Shown here piece by piece: positions 7,003 to 15,955 of a stretch of 64,000 nt of DNA. The stretch's first letter is position 1; the number at the start of each line of letters is the position of its first letter. Source of the stretch: a virus (lineage: Duplodnaviria; Heunggongvirae; Uroviricota; Caudoviricetes). The stretch is from the IMG/VR virus record IMGVR_UViG_3300027759_003944; one strand, 5' to 3'. The translations under genes and the position numbers were made by a program. A model generated the notes under the pieces. It had not been told where the DNA came from. It searched no databases and saw only the letters and a program-made list of their open reading frames with translations.

Positions 7003-8457
7003 ATGCTGACTAACACACACACAGACATTCTAGTTCTTAGTTGTCCGTTGACAGAAACTGGATCACCCATGCATGCTGGAGCAGTTTTGAAATCCATTGC
7101 CAACAAAGCTGGATTTTCTTGTACGGTGGTGGATCTCAACTTCTTGACATTAAAATGGCTACAGTCGCGTAAGCATAACTCCAACTTAAATTCGGCCACG
7201 ATAAGATCATTTTTTTGGAACGGTAAAAGAAATCATCAAACCCAAGAAGTTATTGATCAGTTCACACACATGGTATTGGAAATTATCAACAAGTACCAAC
7301 CAAAAATACTAGCACTTAGTGTTTTTACTGATTATTCTCGTCCTGCTGGCAAACTGATTTCAAATATAGTGCGCCAGCACTTGCCAAATATAAAAATAAT
7401 CATGGGCGGAGCTGGTATTGTAAACGCAGATGCTGAAGATTCTTCCGGCCACCCGGTTGCACAACCTGGACAAATTAGTTTTGCAGAAAAATTGTTGCGT
7501 AACAAGGAAATTGATTTTTATATCCAAGGTGATGCTGAACATGCATTTCTTGAGTTTCTTAAAGGGAATTATGATTTTGTGGGTATTAATCAGCCCACCT
7601 GGCAACAGTTGACCAACAGTGACCTTTTGACTCTTGAATATCCTGATTACAGTGATTATGATTGGTCCATGTATCATGAATTGGAAATTGGGATCAATGG
7701 CAGTCGAGGGTGTGTAAGACAGTGTAGATTTTGTGATTACATTACTACGTGGAAAAAATATACCTGGAGAACAGGCGAAAACATATTTAAGGAAATGTTG
7801 TATCAATACCAGCGCTATAATATAAGTTTCTTTCATTTTACTGATAGCTTGCTCAATGGAAATATGGCTGAATTTAAAAACTTAATAACTTTGCTGGCTG
7901 AACATAATACCACTCATCCTGATCATTTATTGTCTTGGGGTAGTTTTTTGATAATAAAATCTCCTGCACAATTTGATGACGAGTTATGGCGTCTTACAAA
8001 AATCAGTGGATGTAAATGGCTATGGATTGGATTGGAATCACTAGTTGAAAAAGTTAGATTTGACATGAACAAAAAATTCACCAATGCGGACGTGGATTTT
8101 TGTATAGAAAAAATAATAAAATACGATATCCATACGTTTTTTTTACTTTTTGTAGGATACCCTACTGAAACACAAGAACATATTGAGCAGTCAATACAAT
8201 GGCTCAAGGATCACCAACATCAGCAACAATATTTTGATTTCTTTTTTAACGAAACCATGGCACTGTTAAATGGAGCATGGCTTGAAAAAAATAAACATGT
8301 GTATAAAATACAATTGTTAGATCCGACCAATACTTATTCATGGGTATCGCCTGAATCCAATCTAGCACTACGCAAACAAAGATCCGAATTTCTTAGAAAT
8401 GCTGCCAAATCTCTTGGCTACACTGTGTACACACAAGAAATAGATATCAACATATAA
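7003..8457 (+). CDS. B12-binding-domain radical SAM protein (class B rSAM, methyltransferase-like)
   Basis: N-terminal Rossmann-like B12-binding-type region (KILALSVFTDYS...KIIMGGAG) then CVRQCRFCDY = CxxxCxxC; AT-rich composition distinct from flanks. Confidence 0.6.
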   Translation: MLTNTHTDILVLSCPLTETGSPMHAGAVLKSIANKAGFSCTVVDLNFLTLKWLQSRKHNSNLNSATIRSFFWNGKRNHQTQEVIDQFTHMVLEIINKYQPKILALSVFTDYSRPAGKLISNIVRQHLPNIKIIMGGAGIVNADAEDSSGHPVAQPGQISFAEKLLRNKEIDFYIQGDAEHAFLEFLKGNYDFVGINQPTWQQLTNSDLLTLEYPDYSDYDWSMYHELEIGINGSRGCVRQCRFCDYITTWKKYTWRTGENIFKEMLYQYQRYNISFFHFTDSLLNGNMAEFKNLITLLAEHNTTHPDHLLSWGSFLIIKSPAQFDDELWRLTKISGCKWLWIGLESLVEKVRFDMNKKFTNADVDFCIEKIIKYDIHTFFLLFVGYPTETQEHIEQSIQWLKDHQHQQQYFDFFFNETMALLNGAWLEKNKHVYKIQLLDPTNTYSWVSPESNLALRKQRSEFLRNAAKSLGYTVYTQEIDINI

Positions 8458-8497
8458 ATCATTTTATATCATCAAACTGGTCACTATAAAGTAGTAC

Positions 8498-8526
8498 TTG
8501 ACTAAAAATAGCCGATCTGCTATAAT
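8498..8526 (+). promoter_or_regulatory. sigma70 promoter TTGACT-N17-TATAAT
   Basis: Shares CGATCTGCTATAAT core with promoter at 11730; followed by RBS AAAGGAG and ATG 8552. Confidence 0.6.
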
Positions 8527-8551
8527 TACACTTTAAAGAAAGGAGTGACGT

Positions 8552-9157
8552 ATGCCAGCCGTATTTTTAGTCAGTGACACACACTTTGGCCATGCTGGTG
8601 TGTGTCGCTTCACACACCCTGATGACGCCACTGTGAAGTTGCGTCCCTGGACTGATCCTGCAGAGATGGATGAAGAAATGATCCGTCGTTGGAACGATCG
8701 TGTGCGTCCCAACGACAAGGTGTACCATTTGGGTGACGTGGTAATCAATCGCAAGGCATTGAGCACCTTGGCCAGGTTGAACGGGGACAAAGTATTGATC
8801 CGTGGCAATCATGACATTTTCCGTGATGACGAATACAGACAGTATTTCCGTGAGTTGCGGGCATACCATGTCATGAACGGCATGATCTTGAGTCACATCC
8901 CTGTGCATGAGGCTAGTTTGGGACGTTTTGGTACCAACATTCACGGACACTTGCATGCCAGTCGTGTTAAGAAAGCCCGTGGTGTTGATGCCCGTACAGG
9001 AGAGATCTTGTACAGCACAGAGATTGATCCGCGATACCATTGTGTGTGCGTGGAGCAGACTGACTTTGCACCCATCTTGTTGGATGATGTGTACCGGCGC
9101 ATTGAAGCAGAAGGTGGCCGAATTGGCTTTGCACAAGGCAACGGTCCAGCAATGTAA
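8552..9157 (+). CDS. calcineurin-like metallophosphoesterase
   Basis: Motifs SDTHFGH (DxH), GD, GNHD, and later histidines; 201 aa. Confidence 0.75.
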   Translation: MPAVFLVSDTHFGHAGVCRFTHPDDATVKLRPWTDPAEMDEEMIRRWNDRVRPNDKVYHLGDVVINRKALSTLARLNGDKVLIRGNHDIFRDDEYRQYFRELRAYHVMNGMILSHIPVHEASLGRFGTNIHGHLHASRVKKARGVDARTGEILYSTEIDPRYHCVCVEQTDFAPILLDDVYRRIEAEGGRIGFAQGNGPAM

Positions 9158-9175
9158 TACTCAAGTATTACTTTA

Positions 9176-9200
9176 AAACCCTGCCTTGTGCAGGGTTTTT
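9176..9200 (+). terminator. rho-independent terminator
   Basis: AAAACCCTGCCTTGTGCAGGGTTTTT; preceded by perfect inverted repeat GTAATACT-CA-AGTATTAC at 9154-9171. Confidence 0.65.
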
Positions 9201-9201
9201 C

Positions 9202-9230
9202 TTGACCAATAATTCCCATTCTGTTATACT
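9202..9230 (+). promoter_or_regulatory. sigma70 promoter TTGACC-N17-TATACT
   Basis: Same terminator-then-promoter arrangement as 5707-5759. Confidence 0.6.
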
Positions 9231-9260
9231 AGTGGCATACAAAGCAAAAAGGAGCCAGAG

Positions 9261-9533
9261 ATGAGAAAAGCGTTTGAAGGACTGACAACCAAAGAAATCC
9301 GTGAAGTTGGCATGTATGGTTGCACCGAAGCACAGATGCGTGAAGCAGTGGAGTCCAGCCCCAGTTTCCGTTTTTCAGGACCTGCAATGGTTGTGGCATC
9401 AATGATGAGCGATGCACAAGAAATGATGGCTTACGAACAGCCCGACTTCAACGTCATTGAAGATCAGCGTCAACTGCTGAACCGTGCCAAATTTGTTTTG
9501 ATGACTTATATCATGGACCGGGAGACAGCATAA
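9261..9533 (+). CDS. hypothetical small protein (90 aa)
   Basis: RBS AAAGGAG; ends ...RETA* with TAATG overlap to next gene. Confidence 0.5.
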   Translation: MRKAFEGLTTKEIREVGMYGCTEAQMREAVESSPSFRFSGPAMVVASMMSDAQEMMAYEQPDFNVIEDQRQLLNRAKFVLMTYIMDRETA

Positions 9534-9685
9534 TGAGCAAGAACATCCGTGCCCTGAGCACCACCGAACTTTGCCAGCGACTGGCTCTGTACCGGTCTTT
9601 GAAGAGCCGTGGTGTGTATGATGAGATCATGATCTCAATCATGGAACATGAACTAGATATGCGTAAACAAAAGGAGACAGCATAA
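9533..9685 (+). CDS. hypothetical small protein (50 aa)
   Basis: Preceded by GGAGACAGCATAATG; ends ...KETA* with the same GGAGACAGCATAATG junction to the next gene. Confidence 0.4.
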   Translation: MSKNIRALSTTELCQRLALYRSLKSRGVYDEIMISIMEHELDMRKQKETA

Positions 9686-9867
9686 TGGGAATGATGAAAC
9701 AACTGTATACTGAAATTCAAGAATTGATCAGTATGCACTGCACCGAAGACCAGGTCATTGACTTTGTTGTCAACGAATACGGCTTCAGCCGCAGTGATGC
9801 ACAAGAACTCATTGCAGAATTTATCTATGAAGAAGAACGTATGGTTTTAGCCACAGGCTACAATTGA
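9685..9867 (+). CDS. hypothetical small acidic protein (60 aa)
   Basis: Translationally coupled (TAATG) to upstream micro-gene. Confidence 0.45.
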   Translation: MGMMKQLYTEIQELISMHCTEDQVIDFVVNEYGFSRSDAQELIAEFIYEEERMVLATGYN

Positions 9868-9892
9868 CAACAAATTCAACTTCCGTTACAAT
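9864..9892 (+). promoter_or_regulatory. sigma70 promoter TTGACA-N17-TACAAT
   Basis: Upstream of RBS GAAAGGAAA and ATG 9933. Confidence 0.5.
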
Positions 9893-9932
9893 AACGACTT
9901 AACTTACTACAACCCCCGAAAGGAAACAGCCC

Positions 9933-11024
9933 ATGTCAGCAGTATCAGATGCACGTACAGTAACCAGTGCCCAAGTTCGAAAATCCATCATGCATGCTTT
10001 TAAGAAAAAGCGCCCTATGTTTTTGTGGGGTCCTCCCGGCATCGGCAAATCAGAAGTTGTGGCTGGCATCACAGAAGAACTGGGTGGCTTGATGATTGAC
10101 TTGCGTCTGGGGCAAATGGAACCCACAGACATTCGTGGTATTCCTTTTTACAACAAAGACTCAGGCAAAATGGATTGGGCTCCGCCTGTGGAAATGCCCG
10201 ATGAAGAAACTGCCAGCCAGTACCCTGTGGTGGTGCTGTTCTTGGACGAGATGAACTCGGCTCCAGCGTCAGTGCAAAGTGCCGCGTATCAACTTATTTT
10301 GAATCGACGCATTGGCAAGTATAAGTTGCCTGACAATGTGGTAATGGTTGCTGCCGGTAACCGTGAGAGTGACAAAGGTGTCACATTCCGTATGCCAACA
10401 CCACTGGCAAATCGTTTTGTTCACCAAGAAATGCGTGTGGACTTTGCAAGTTGGCAAGAGTGGGCTGTTAAAAACAACATCCACAAAGACGTGGTGGGTT
10501 ACTTGAGTTTTGCCAAGCAAGACTTGTACGACTTTGATGCCAAGTCAAGTTCACGTGCGTTTGCTACACCACGCTCATGGAGTTTTGTGAGTGAGTTGTT
10601 GGCAGACGAATGCGACGATGACACAGAAATGAACCTGATTGCAGGTACTGTGGGCGAGGGTCTTGCTGTGAAGTTCAAGGCTCACCGCAAAGTGTCTGGC
10701 AAGATGCCCCAGCCCGCAGACATCTTGAGTGGCAAGGTAACTGACTTGAATGTGAAAGAAGTCAGTGCCATGTACAGTTTGGTTATCAGCATGTGCTACG
10801 AACTCAAAGACGCCATCGAGCAAAAGAAAGTTTCAGACAAAGAGTTCCATGAAATGTCAAACAACTTTTTGACATACATGATGAAGAACTTTGAGACTGA
10901 ACTGGTGGTACTGGGTGCTCGTATTGCGTTGACAACTTACTTGTTGCCAATGCAACCCACCAAGATCAAGTGCTTTGACGAGTTCCACAGCCGCTACGGC
11001 AAGTACATTTTGCAAGCCAACTGA
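9933..11024 (+). CDS. MoxR/CobS-like AAA+ ATPase
   Basis: Walker A LWGPPGIGKSEV, Walker B VVLFLDEMN, sensor AAGNRE; size and layout resemble phage CobS-like proteins. Confidence 0.8.
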   Translation: MSAVSDARTVTSAQVRKSIMHAFKKKRPMFLWGPPGIGKSEVVAGITEELGGLMIDLRLGQMEPTDIRGIPFYNKDSGKMDWAPPVEMPDEETASQYPVVVLFLDEMNSAPASVQSAAYQLILNRRIGKYKLPDNVVMVAAGNRESDKGVTFRMPTPLANRFVHQEMRVDFASWQEWAVKNNIHKDVVGYLSFAKQDLYDFDAKSSSRAFATPRSWSFVSELLADECDDDTEMNLIAGTVGEGLAVKFKAHRKVSGKMPQPADILSGKVTDLNVKEVSAMYSLVISMCYELKDAIEQKKVSDKEFHEMSNNFLTYMMKNFETELVVLGARIALTTYLLPMQPTKIKCFDEFHSRYGKYILQAN

Positions 11025-11032
11025 TCGGGGGT

Positions 11033-11075
11033 GGGTGGCGCAGTCTGCAAGGGCTGTGGCTGCGCCACCCTTTTA
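11033..11075 (+). terminator. rho-independent terminator
   Basis: GGGTGGCGCAG...CTGCGCCACCC stem then TTTT. Confidence 0.65.
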
Positions 11076-11077
11076 CT

Positions 11078-11410
11078 ATGAAATACGAAATTGTCAAACT
11101 AAATGGTCGCAACAGTTGGAGCAAGGTCTACCGGTACACCATTGAATTTCCCAAAGGCACATACAGCAGTGGTGTGCTGGAGTTTGACCGAGCCCGACGT
11201 TGGTTCAACCGCACATATGGTTGGAGCACAGATGTCAAGACACAGAATGAAATTGCTGAACAACTCAATGATATGGTACCATCTAGCCATCAATCTGATG
11301 ATCTAAATCTGGCCTGGGCCTACAGCACCGAGTATCGCAACTACCGAATCTATGTGTCTTCAGACAAGGAGCTGATGTTCTTTGAACTGGCACACTCAGG
11401 CACCGCATAA
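11078..11410 (+). CDS. hypothetical protein (110 aa)
   Basis: ORF directly after terminator; TAATG coupling to next gene. Confidence 0.45.
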   Translation: MKYEIVKLNGRNSWSKVYRYTIEFPKGTYSSGVLEFDRARRWFNRTYGWSTDVKTQNEIAEQLNDMVPSSHQSDDLNLAWAYSTEYRNYRIYVSSDKELMFFELAHSGTA

Positions 11411-11715
11411 TGTCCTTAAAGGTAACCACCAAGCGGAATCTTATCATCTTTCACAACCCTGAAGACTGGTACCGAGTACTGGACCGCTTGGCCGAGGACT
11501 TTGGTCAGGCCATACGCATGCGGTTTATCATGAAACGTGAATTGGGATTTACTACACGTGACCATCGTGGACTTGAACCCAATCAGAAACTGGGTGGTGT
11601 GTTGGACACTTATGCGTGGGGCACAGCACCTGCAGGATACCACTATGAGGATCAAGTGCATTTGGACTTCTATACCGAGTCCGCACAGTCGTGGTTCATA
11701 CTTAAATACCTTTAA
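11410..11715 (+). CDS. hypothetical protein (101 aa)
   Basis: ORF with overlap start. Confidence 0.45.
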   Translation: MSLKVTTKRNLIIFHNPEDWYRVLDRLAEDFGQAIRMRFIMKRELGFTTRDHRGLEPNQKLGGVLDTYAWGTAPAGYHYEDQVHLDFYTESAQSWFILKYL

Positions 11716-11729
11716 ACAAAAGTACTATA

Positions 11730-11758
11730 TTGACCATTAATTCACGATCTGCTATAAT
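11730..11758 (+). promoter_or_regulatory. sigma70 promoter TTGACC-N17-TATAAT
   Basis: Contains CGATCTGCTATAAT shared with 8498 promoter. Confidence 0.6.
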
Positions 11759-11781
11759 ACATGAAACAAACAAGGAATCGC

Positions 11782-13086
11782 ATGCACTATTTTAACCCTG
11801 ATATACTACATGCCACAGCAGGCACCACTGCCACCAAAGAAGATGCAAAGAAATTTGCCAACTTGATTGGTGCTACAGATCCCAAACTGGATCGCGTGGT
11901 GCGTGAAAAATTGATTTCAGCCCGTGTGGGCTTGCTGTTGAAGGCTAGTTTCTTTGGCAACCTTGCAACACGATTGAAACTGATCAATGCTGATGAGTGG
12001 TGTGCCACAGCCGCAACAGACGGACGTAATTTTTACTACAACACCCGCTTCATTGAGATGTTGCGTCCCAAAGAAATTGAGTTTTTGTTTGGTCATGAAG
12101 TGTTGCATTGTGTGTATGATCACTTTGGACGTCGCGGTGATCGTGACCCACAGTTGTGGAACATTGCCAATGACTATTGTGTCAACGGTGACTTGGTCAA
12201 GCACAATGTGGGTGAGAAGATCACGTCAGTGCCTTGTTTGTATGATCGCAAGTATGATGGCATGAGTTCAGAAGAAGTGTACGATGCCTTGTACGAAAAT
12301 GCAACAAAGATTGACATTGGTAAATTGCTGGATCAGTTGATTGACGAGCACTTGGATGGTGAAGGTGATGGCGACGGTGATCAGGAGGGCGAAGGCCAGG
12401 GCCGTCCCCGGTTGACTGCTGAAGAAAAACAGGCCATCAAGGACGAGATCAAAGAAGCCATGCTGGCGGCAGCTGCCACTGTGGACGGTGCTGGCAACTT
12501 GCCCGCAGGCGTCAAGCGACTGATCCAACAGCTGACCGAGCCACAGTTGAACTGGCGTGAGATTTTGCGTATGAATCTGGAAAGCACTATCAAAGCAGAC
12601 TACACCTGGATGCGGGCCAGCCGCAAAGGTTGGCACATGGATGCAGTGATGCCTGGACAAAAACCCGACGAAATGATTGATGTTGCTGTGATGTTGGATG
12701 CGTCTGGTTCAATCTCGGAATCCATGCTCAAGGACTTCTTGAGTGAGATCCAAGGCATCATGGACTCGTTCCCTGCATACAAGATTCATGTGGTGACTTT
12801 TGACACCAACTGCTACAATCCTGCACAGTATGACTCGGACAATTTGGATTCGATGATGGACTACGAAGTGTCCGGTGGCGGTGGCACAGACTTTGATTGT
12901 ATCTTTACCTACTTGAAGGAAGAGGAAATCACACCACGCCGACTGATTGTGTTCACAGACGGCTATCCGTTTGGTTCTTGGGGTGACGCTGAATACTGTG
13001 ACACCACTTGGATCTTGCATGGTACTACAACCATTGTTCCACCCTGGGGCACACATGCCTACTATGACGAGAGCAAACAAGATTGA
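11782..13086 (+). CDS. von Willebrand factor A (VWA) domain protein with N-terminal HExxH motif (CobT/VWA partner of the AAA+ ATPase)
   Basis: MIDAS motif DASGSISES at residues about 300; GHEVLHCVYDHF zincin-like motif; acidic DGEGDGDGDQEGEGQG linker; start chosen at ATG 11782 with AAGGAA RBS (ATG 11761 lies inside the promoter). Confidence 0.7.
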   Translation: MHYFNPDILHATAGTTATKEDAKKFANLIGATDPKLDRVVREKLISARVGLLLKASFFGNLATRLKLINADEWCATAATDGRNFYYNTRFIEMLRPKEIEFLFGHEVLHCVYDHFGRRGDRDPQLWNIANDYCVNGDLVKHNVGEKITSVPCLYDRKYDGMSSEEVYDALYENATKIDIGKLLDQLIDEHLDGEGDGDGDQEGEGQGRPRLTAEEKQAIKDEIKEAMLAAAATVDGAGNLPAGVKRLIQQLTEPQLNWREILRMNLESTIKADYTWMRASRKGWHMDAVMPGQKPDEMIDVAVMLDASGSISESMLKDFLSEIQGIMDSFPAYKIHVVTFDTNCYNPAQYDSDNLDSMMDYEVSGGGGTDFDCIFTYLKEEEITPRRLIVFTDGYPFGSWGDAEYCDTTWILHGTTTIVPPWGTHAYYDESKQD

Positions 13087-13097
13087 GGAGTGCCGGA

Positions 13098-13391
13098 ATG
13101 AACGAACGAATTCGAGAACTTTACGATCAGGCTTTAGAAGAATTCAAGGCAGAAAATAAGTATGCCACCATCATTGTTCCCAATCTTTTACAAGAAAAGT
13201 TCGCCGAGTTGATTATCCGGGAATGTTGCATAGCATTGAATCCCATGTTGCGTGACATGATCAGTCGTGGACAGGGTGTAGATTTAATTAAACTGCATTT
13301 TGGAATGAATCCCAAAGAAATCACAACTCGTATGCTTGACACTGCCATTGATCAGATGGAAAAACAATTAGCGGAGAAGAAACATGATTAG
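13098..13391 (+). CDS. hypothetical protein (97 aa)
   Basis: RBS GAGGAG 7 nt upstream of ATG 13098. Confidence 0.5.
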   Translation: MNERIRELYDQALEEFKAENKYATIIVPNLLQEKFAELIIRECCIALNPMLRDMISRGQGVDLIKLHFGMNPKEITTRMLDTAIDQMEKQLAEKKHD

Positions 13392-13560
13392 ACTTTGGTT
13401 GGTATTTGCCATTCTTGCTGTGTTGATCCATTTGGGTATCACAACCTGGAGGCGACTGGAAGGCCGGGAACAATGGGCATTGACAAAATCTATTACATAT
13501 AGTATAATTGTTGCATTGCTGGCTGTGCTGGCAATGGCTGTGATTGTTGTTTTATTCTAA
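13384..13560 (+). CDS. small two-TM membrane protein (58 aa)
   Basis: MIRLWLVFAILAVLIHLGITTW...LLAVLAMAVIVVLF; overlaps upstream stop. Confidence 0.4.
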   Translation: MIRLWLVFAILAVLIHLGITTWRRLEGREQWALTKSITYSIIVALLAVLAMAVIVVLF

Positions 13561-13570
13561 AGGAAATCAA

Positions 13571-14368
13571 ATGAAGCGTATTTTTACTCTGTCCGTTCTT
13601 GCCGCGGCTGTGTTGGCAACAGGTTGTACTCGTATTGAAACTGGAGAAGTTGGTCTCCGTGTGGGCTTTGACAAACAAGTCAAAACTGAGGAATTGCTGC
13701 CTGGTAGTTTTAACCAGACCTTGATTGGTGATGTCATCACATTCCCAACCAAAGAGATTTCTGTCAAAGTTGAAAACATGACACCCTTGGCCAAAGACAA
13801 TTCAACCATGAAAGACTTTGATGCACTAATTACCTACAACATCAATCAAGCACAAGTGGCTGAGATCTACAACACCAAGAACAAATCGTTCCACGCTAAA
13901 CACGATGGCGATGTTTACTTAATGTATAACTATGTGTTCAACGCCACACGCAATGCCATCTACAAGAGTGCTCGCAAGTTCGAAGCATTGGAAATGGGCG
14001 ATGCACGCCAAGCAATGGAAACTGAAATCAAAGAGCAAGTGATTCGTACACTGGCAGAAGAAAAGCTGGACGGTACTATTGTGATCAGCCAAGTGTTGAT
14101 TCGCAACATTGAACCAGCAGACTCAGTTGTTGCAAGTGCCAACGAATTGGTTCGTGCCAAGAACGAGTTCAAGACTGAAGAAGTCAAAGTGGCCACTGCC
14201 AAGAAGCGCAACGAGTCAATGCAGGCTAACCCAATGGCTATTCCATTGCTCAAAGCCGAAGCCGAAGCCGAAGCCATGCGTAACTTGCCCGGTGCTATTG
14301 CCAACTTCAAAGGTCAGACCTTGGTGATCAACGGCGTGGTTACACCTACTGTAGCAACAAACAAATAA
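13571..14368 (+). CDS. lipoprotein, SPFH/band-7-like domain
   Basis: Signal peptide with lipobox LATGC; central region resembles prohibitin/SPFH fold; Ala/Glu-rich coiled C-terminus (AEAEAEAM). Confidence 0.5.
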   Translation: MKRIFTLSVLAAAVLATGCTRIETGEVGLRVGFDKQVKTEELLPGSFNQTLIGDVITFPTKEISVKVENMTPLAKDNSTMKDFDALITYNINQAQVAEIYNTKNKSFHAKHDGDVYLMYNYVFNATRNAIYKSARKFEALEMGDARQAMETEIKEQVIRTLAEEKLDGTIVISQVLIRNIEPADSVVASANELVRAKNEFKTEEVKVATAKKRNESMQANPMAIPLLKAEAEAEAMRNLPGAIANFKGQTLVINGVVTPTVATNK

Positions 14369-14369
14369 C

Positions 14370-14531
14370 ATGTGGGCCTTGATCATTGCACTTACCATGG
14401 ATACGGCTCCATTTGAGGTAAAGTTCTCTCAACTGGCCGAGGTCCGAACATATCAAGAATGTAGAGACCTTTCTAAAATCCTGAAGGACCGTGGACTGAA
14501 TGCACACTTGTTTTGTGTACAACAACAATAA
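14370..14531 (+). CDS. small ORF (53 aa)
   Basis: Fills the gap between the lipoprotein and the next membrane protein; no strong RBS. Confidence 0.25.
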   Translation: MWALIIALTMDTAPFEVKFSQLAEVRTYQECRDLSKILKDRGLNAHLFCVQQQ

Positions 14532-14534
14532 GAT

Positions 14535-14906
14535 ATGACTGCCGCTGACATTTTACTGCTGATGGTGTTGCTCACAGCCAAACACAATCTTGCAGATTTC
14601 ATAATCCAAACCAATTATCAGTATCAGCACAAACACATCTATGGACACATAGGTGGCGTTATCCATGCTGTGATACATGGCATTGGTACTTTGCTTTGCA
14701 TGGTTTGGTTTTTTCCGTCAGCGGCGGTTTACTTGGCCATTGCAGATGCAGTGATTCATTACCACATTGACTGGATCCGTGTTAATCTTTGTTATGCAAT
14801 GAATTGGACTGTGACAAACAGCCGGTACTGGTGGTGGACCATTGGTGTGGATGAATTTTTGCACTACCTGACTTATATTGGTCTCATCGCTGTAATGGTG
14901 TTGTAA
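14535..14906 (+). CDS. integral membrane protein with His-rich motifs (DUF3307-like?)
   Basis: Multiple TM helices; HKHIYGHIGGVIHAVIHG. Confidence 0.45.
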   Translation: MTAADILLLMVLLTAKHNLADFIIQTNYQYQHKHIYGHIGGVIHAVIHGIGTLLCMVWFFPSAAVYLAIADAVIHYHIDWIRVNLCYAMNWTVTNSRYWWWTIGVDEFLHYLTYIGLIAVMVL

Positions 14907-14907
14907 C

Positions 14908-15153
14908 ATGGGCAATCAAACTGAATATTTTGAACGCATTGGCTACCGGCCTGAGTACTCGATAGGCGACAGGGTGTTTGGTCACTGGAACAAGATCCCT
15001 TTTGCAGGCACTGTGGGTAACGATACGCTGATCAGTCTGGTAGAAGGGCCTAGGATTAGCATACACTTGGATTTGCCCATTAAATATGAAGGCATAGTGA
15101 AAACTATGTTAATTGTCAAGCACAGAGACGTTCGACGCATGAAGGAGTTTTAA
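14908..15153 (+). CDS. hypothetical protein (81 aa)
   Basis: ORF, tight spacing. Confidence 0.4.
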   Translation: MGNQTEYFERIGYRPEYSIGDRVFGHWNKIPFAGTVGNDTLISLVEGPRISIHLDLPIKYEGIVKTMLIVKHRDVRRMKEF

Positions 15154-15375
15154 ATGCCAACAGTATACACAGAAGTAGAAGTTGATGTAGATCTAGTAGA
15201 TTTTGACACTGATGATCTCTTGGAAGAACTAGAATCACGTGGCTCATTGCCCCCAGAAGGCAATGCCAATGCCCGAGAAATTGTGGAACAGATTTACTAC
15301 TTGCGTAGGCAGGGACGACCATATGAACACCTGATGGATTCGTTAATATATGCTGTGATGGGACGAGTAGTGTGA
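15154..15375 (+). CDS. hypothetical acidic protein (73 aa)
   Basis: ORF, tight spacing. Confidence 0.4.
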   Translation: MPTVYTEVEVDVDLVDFDTDDLLEELESRGSLPPEGNANAREIVEQIYYLRRQGRPYEHLMDSLIYAVMGRVV

Positions 15376-15495
15376 TTCAATTTGAATGGTTTGTGTACGG
15401 ATTCATTGCAGGACTTGTGGCTCCGTACATCTGGCCCTTGATCACTCGTTGTATTGAAGAAGCACGTATAGCACGACGAGACTGGCGCCGGAACG

Positions 15496-15702
15496 ATGAA
15501 CACCATTGAGCAAATTATAAACAGGATCAAGCGCCTGGAGCAGTTTGTGGTGAGAGTGCCTGTTCCGCCCACTTTTCAATTCACAGGTTCTGTGCCATTT
15601 GATATAGAGATTGTGGGGTCAACTGCCATGGTCACTGTGTGGGCCGCAAACGAAGCAGAAGCACAAAGACGGGCCGAAGAGTTCTTCCAAAATACTCCAT
15701 AA
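15496..15702 (+). CDS. hypothetical protein (68 aa)
   Basis: ORF. Confidence 0.35.
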   Translation: MNTIEQIINRIKRLEQFVVRVPVPPTFQFTGSVPFDIEIVGSTAMVTVWAANEAEAQRRAEEFFQNTP

Positions 15703-15739
15703 AATATTCCATCCTCATTCTCCTGCCTTAAATATTTGT

Positions 15740-15955
15740 ATGGAAAACGCATCACTAACCCTAGCCGACATGGCATCACTTAAAAACCTAATCGAAGCCG
15801 CTACTGCACGTGGCGCTTTTCGTGCCAATGAAATGAGTACTGTTGGCGGCATCTACGACAAATTAGATGCTTTCTTAACAGCTACTCAAGCCCAATTAGC
15901 ACAACAAGCTGATGAACAACAATCGGCCGAACCCACACAAGGAGAATCACAATGA
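15740..15955 (+). CDS. hypothetical protein (71 aa)
   Basis: ATG 15740 inside track ORF 15611-15955; ATGA overlap with next gene. Confidence 0.35.
   Translation: MENASLTLADMASLKNLIEAATARGAFRANEMSTVGGIYDKLDAFLTATQAQLAQQADEQQSAEPTQGESQ

Noticed and set aside
8567-9136. 189-aa minus-strand ORF
   Set aside because: Fully antisense to the well-supported metallophosphoesterase gene; no RBS.
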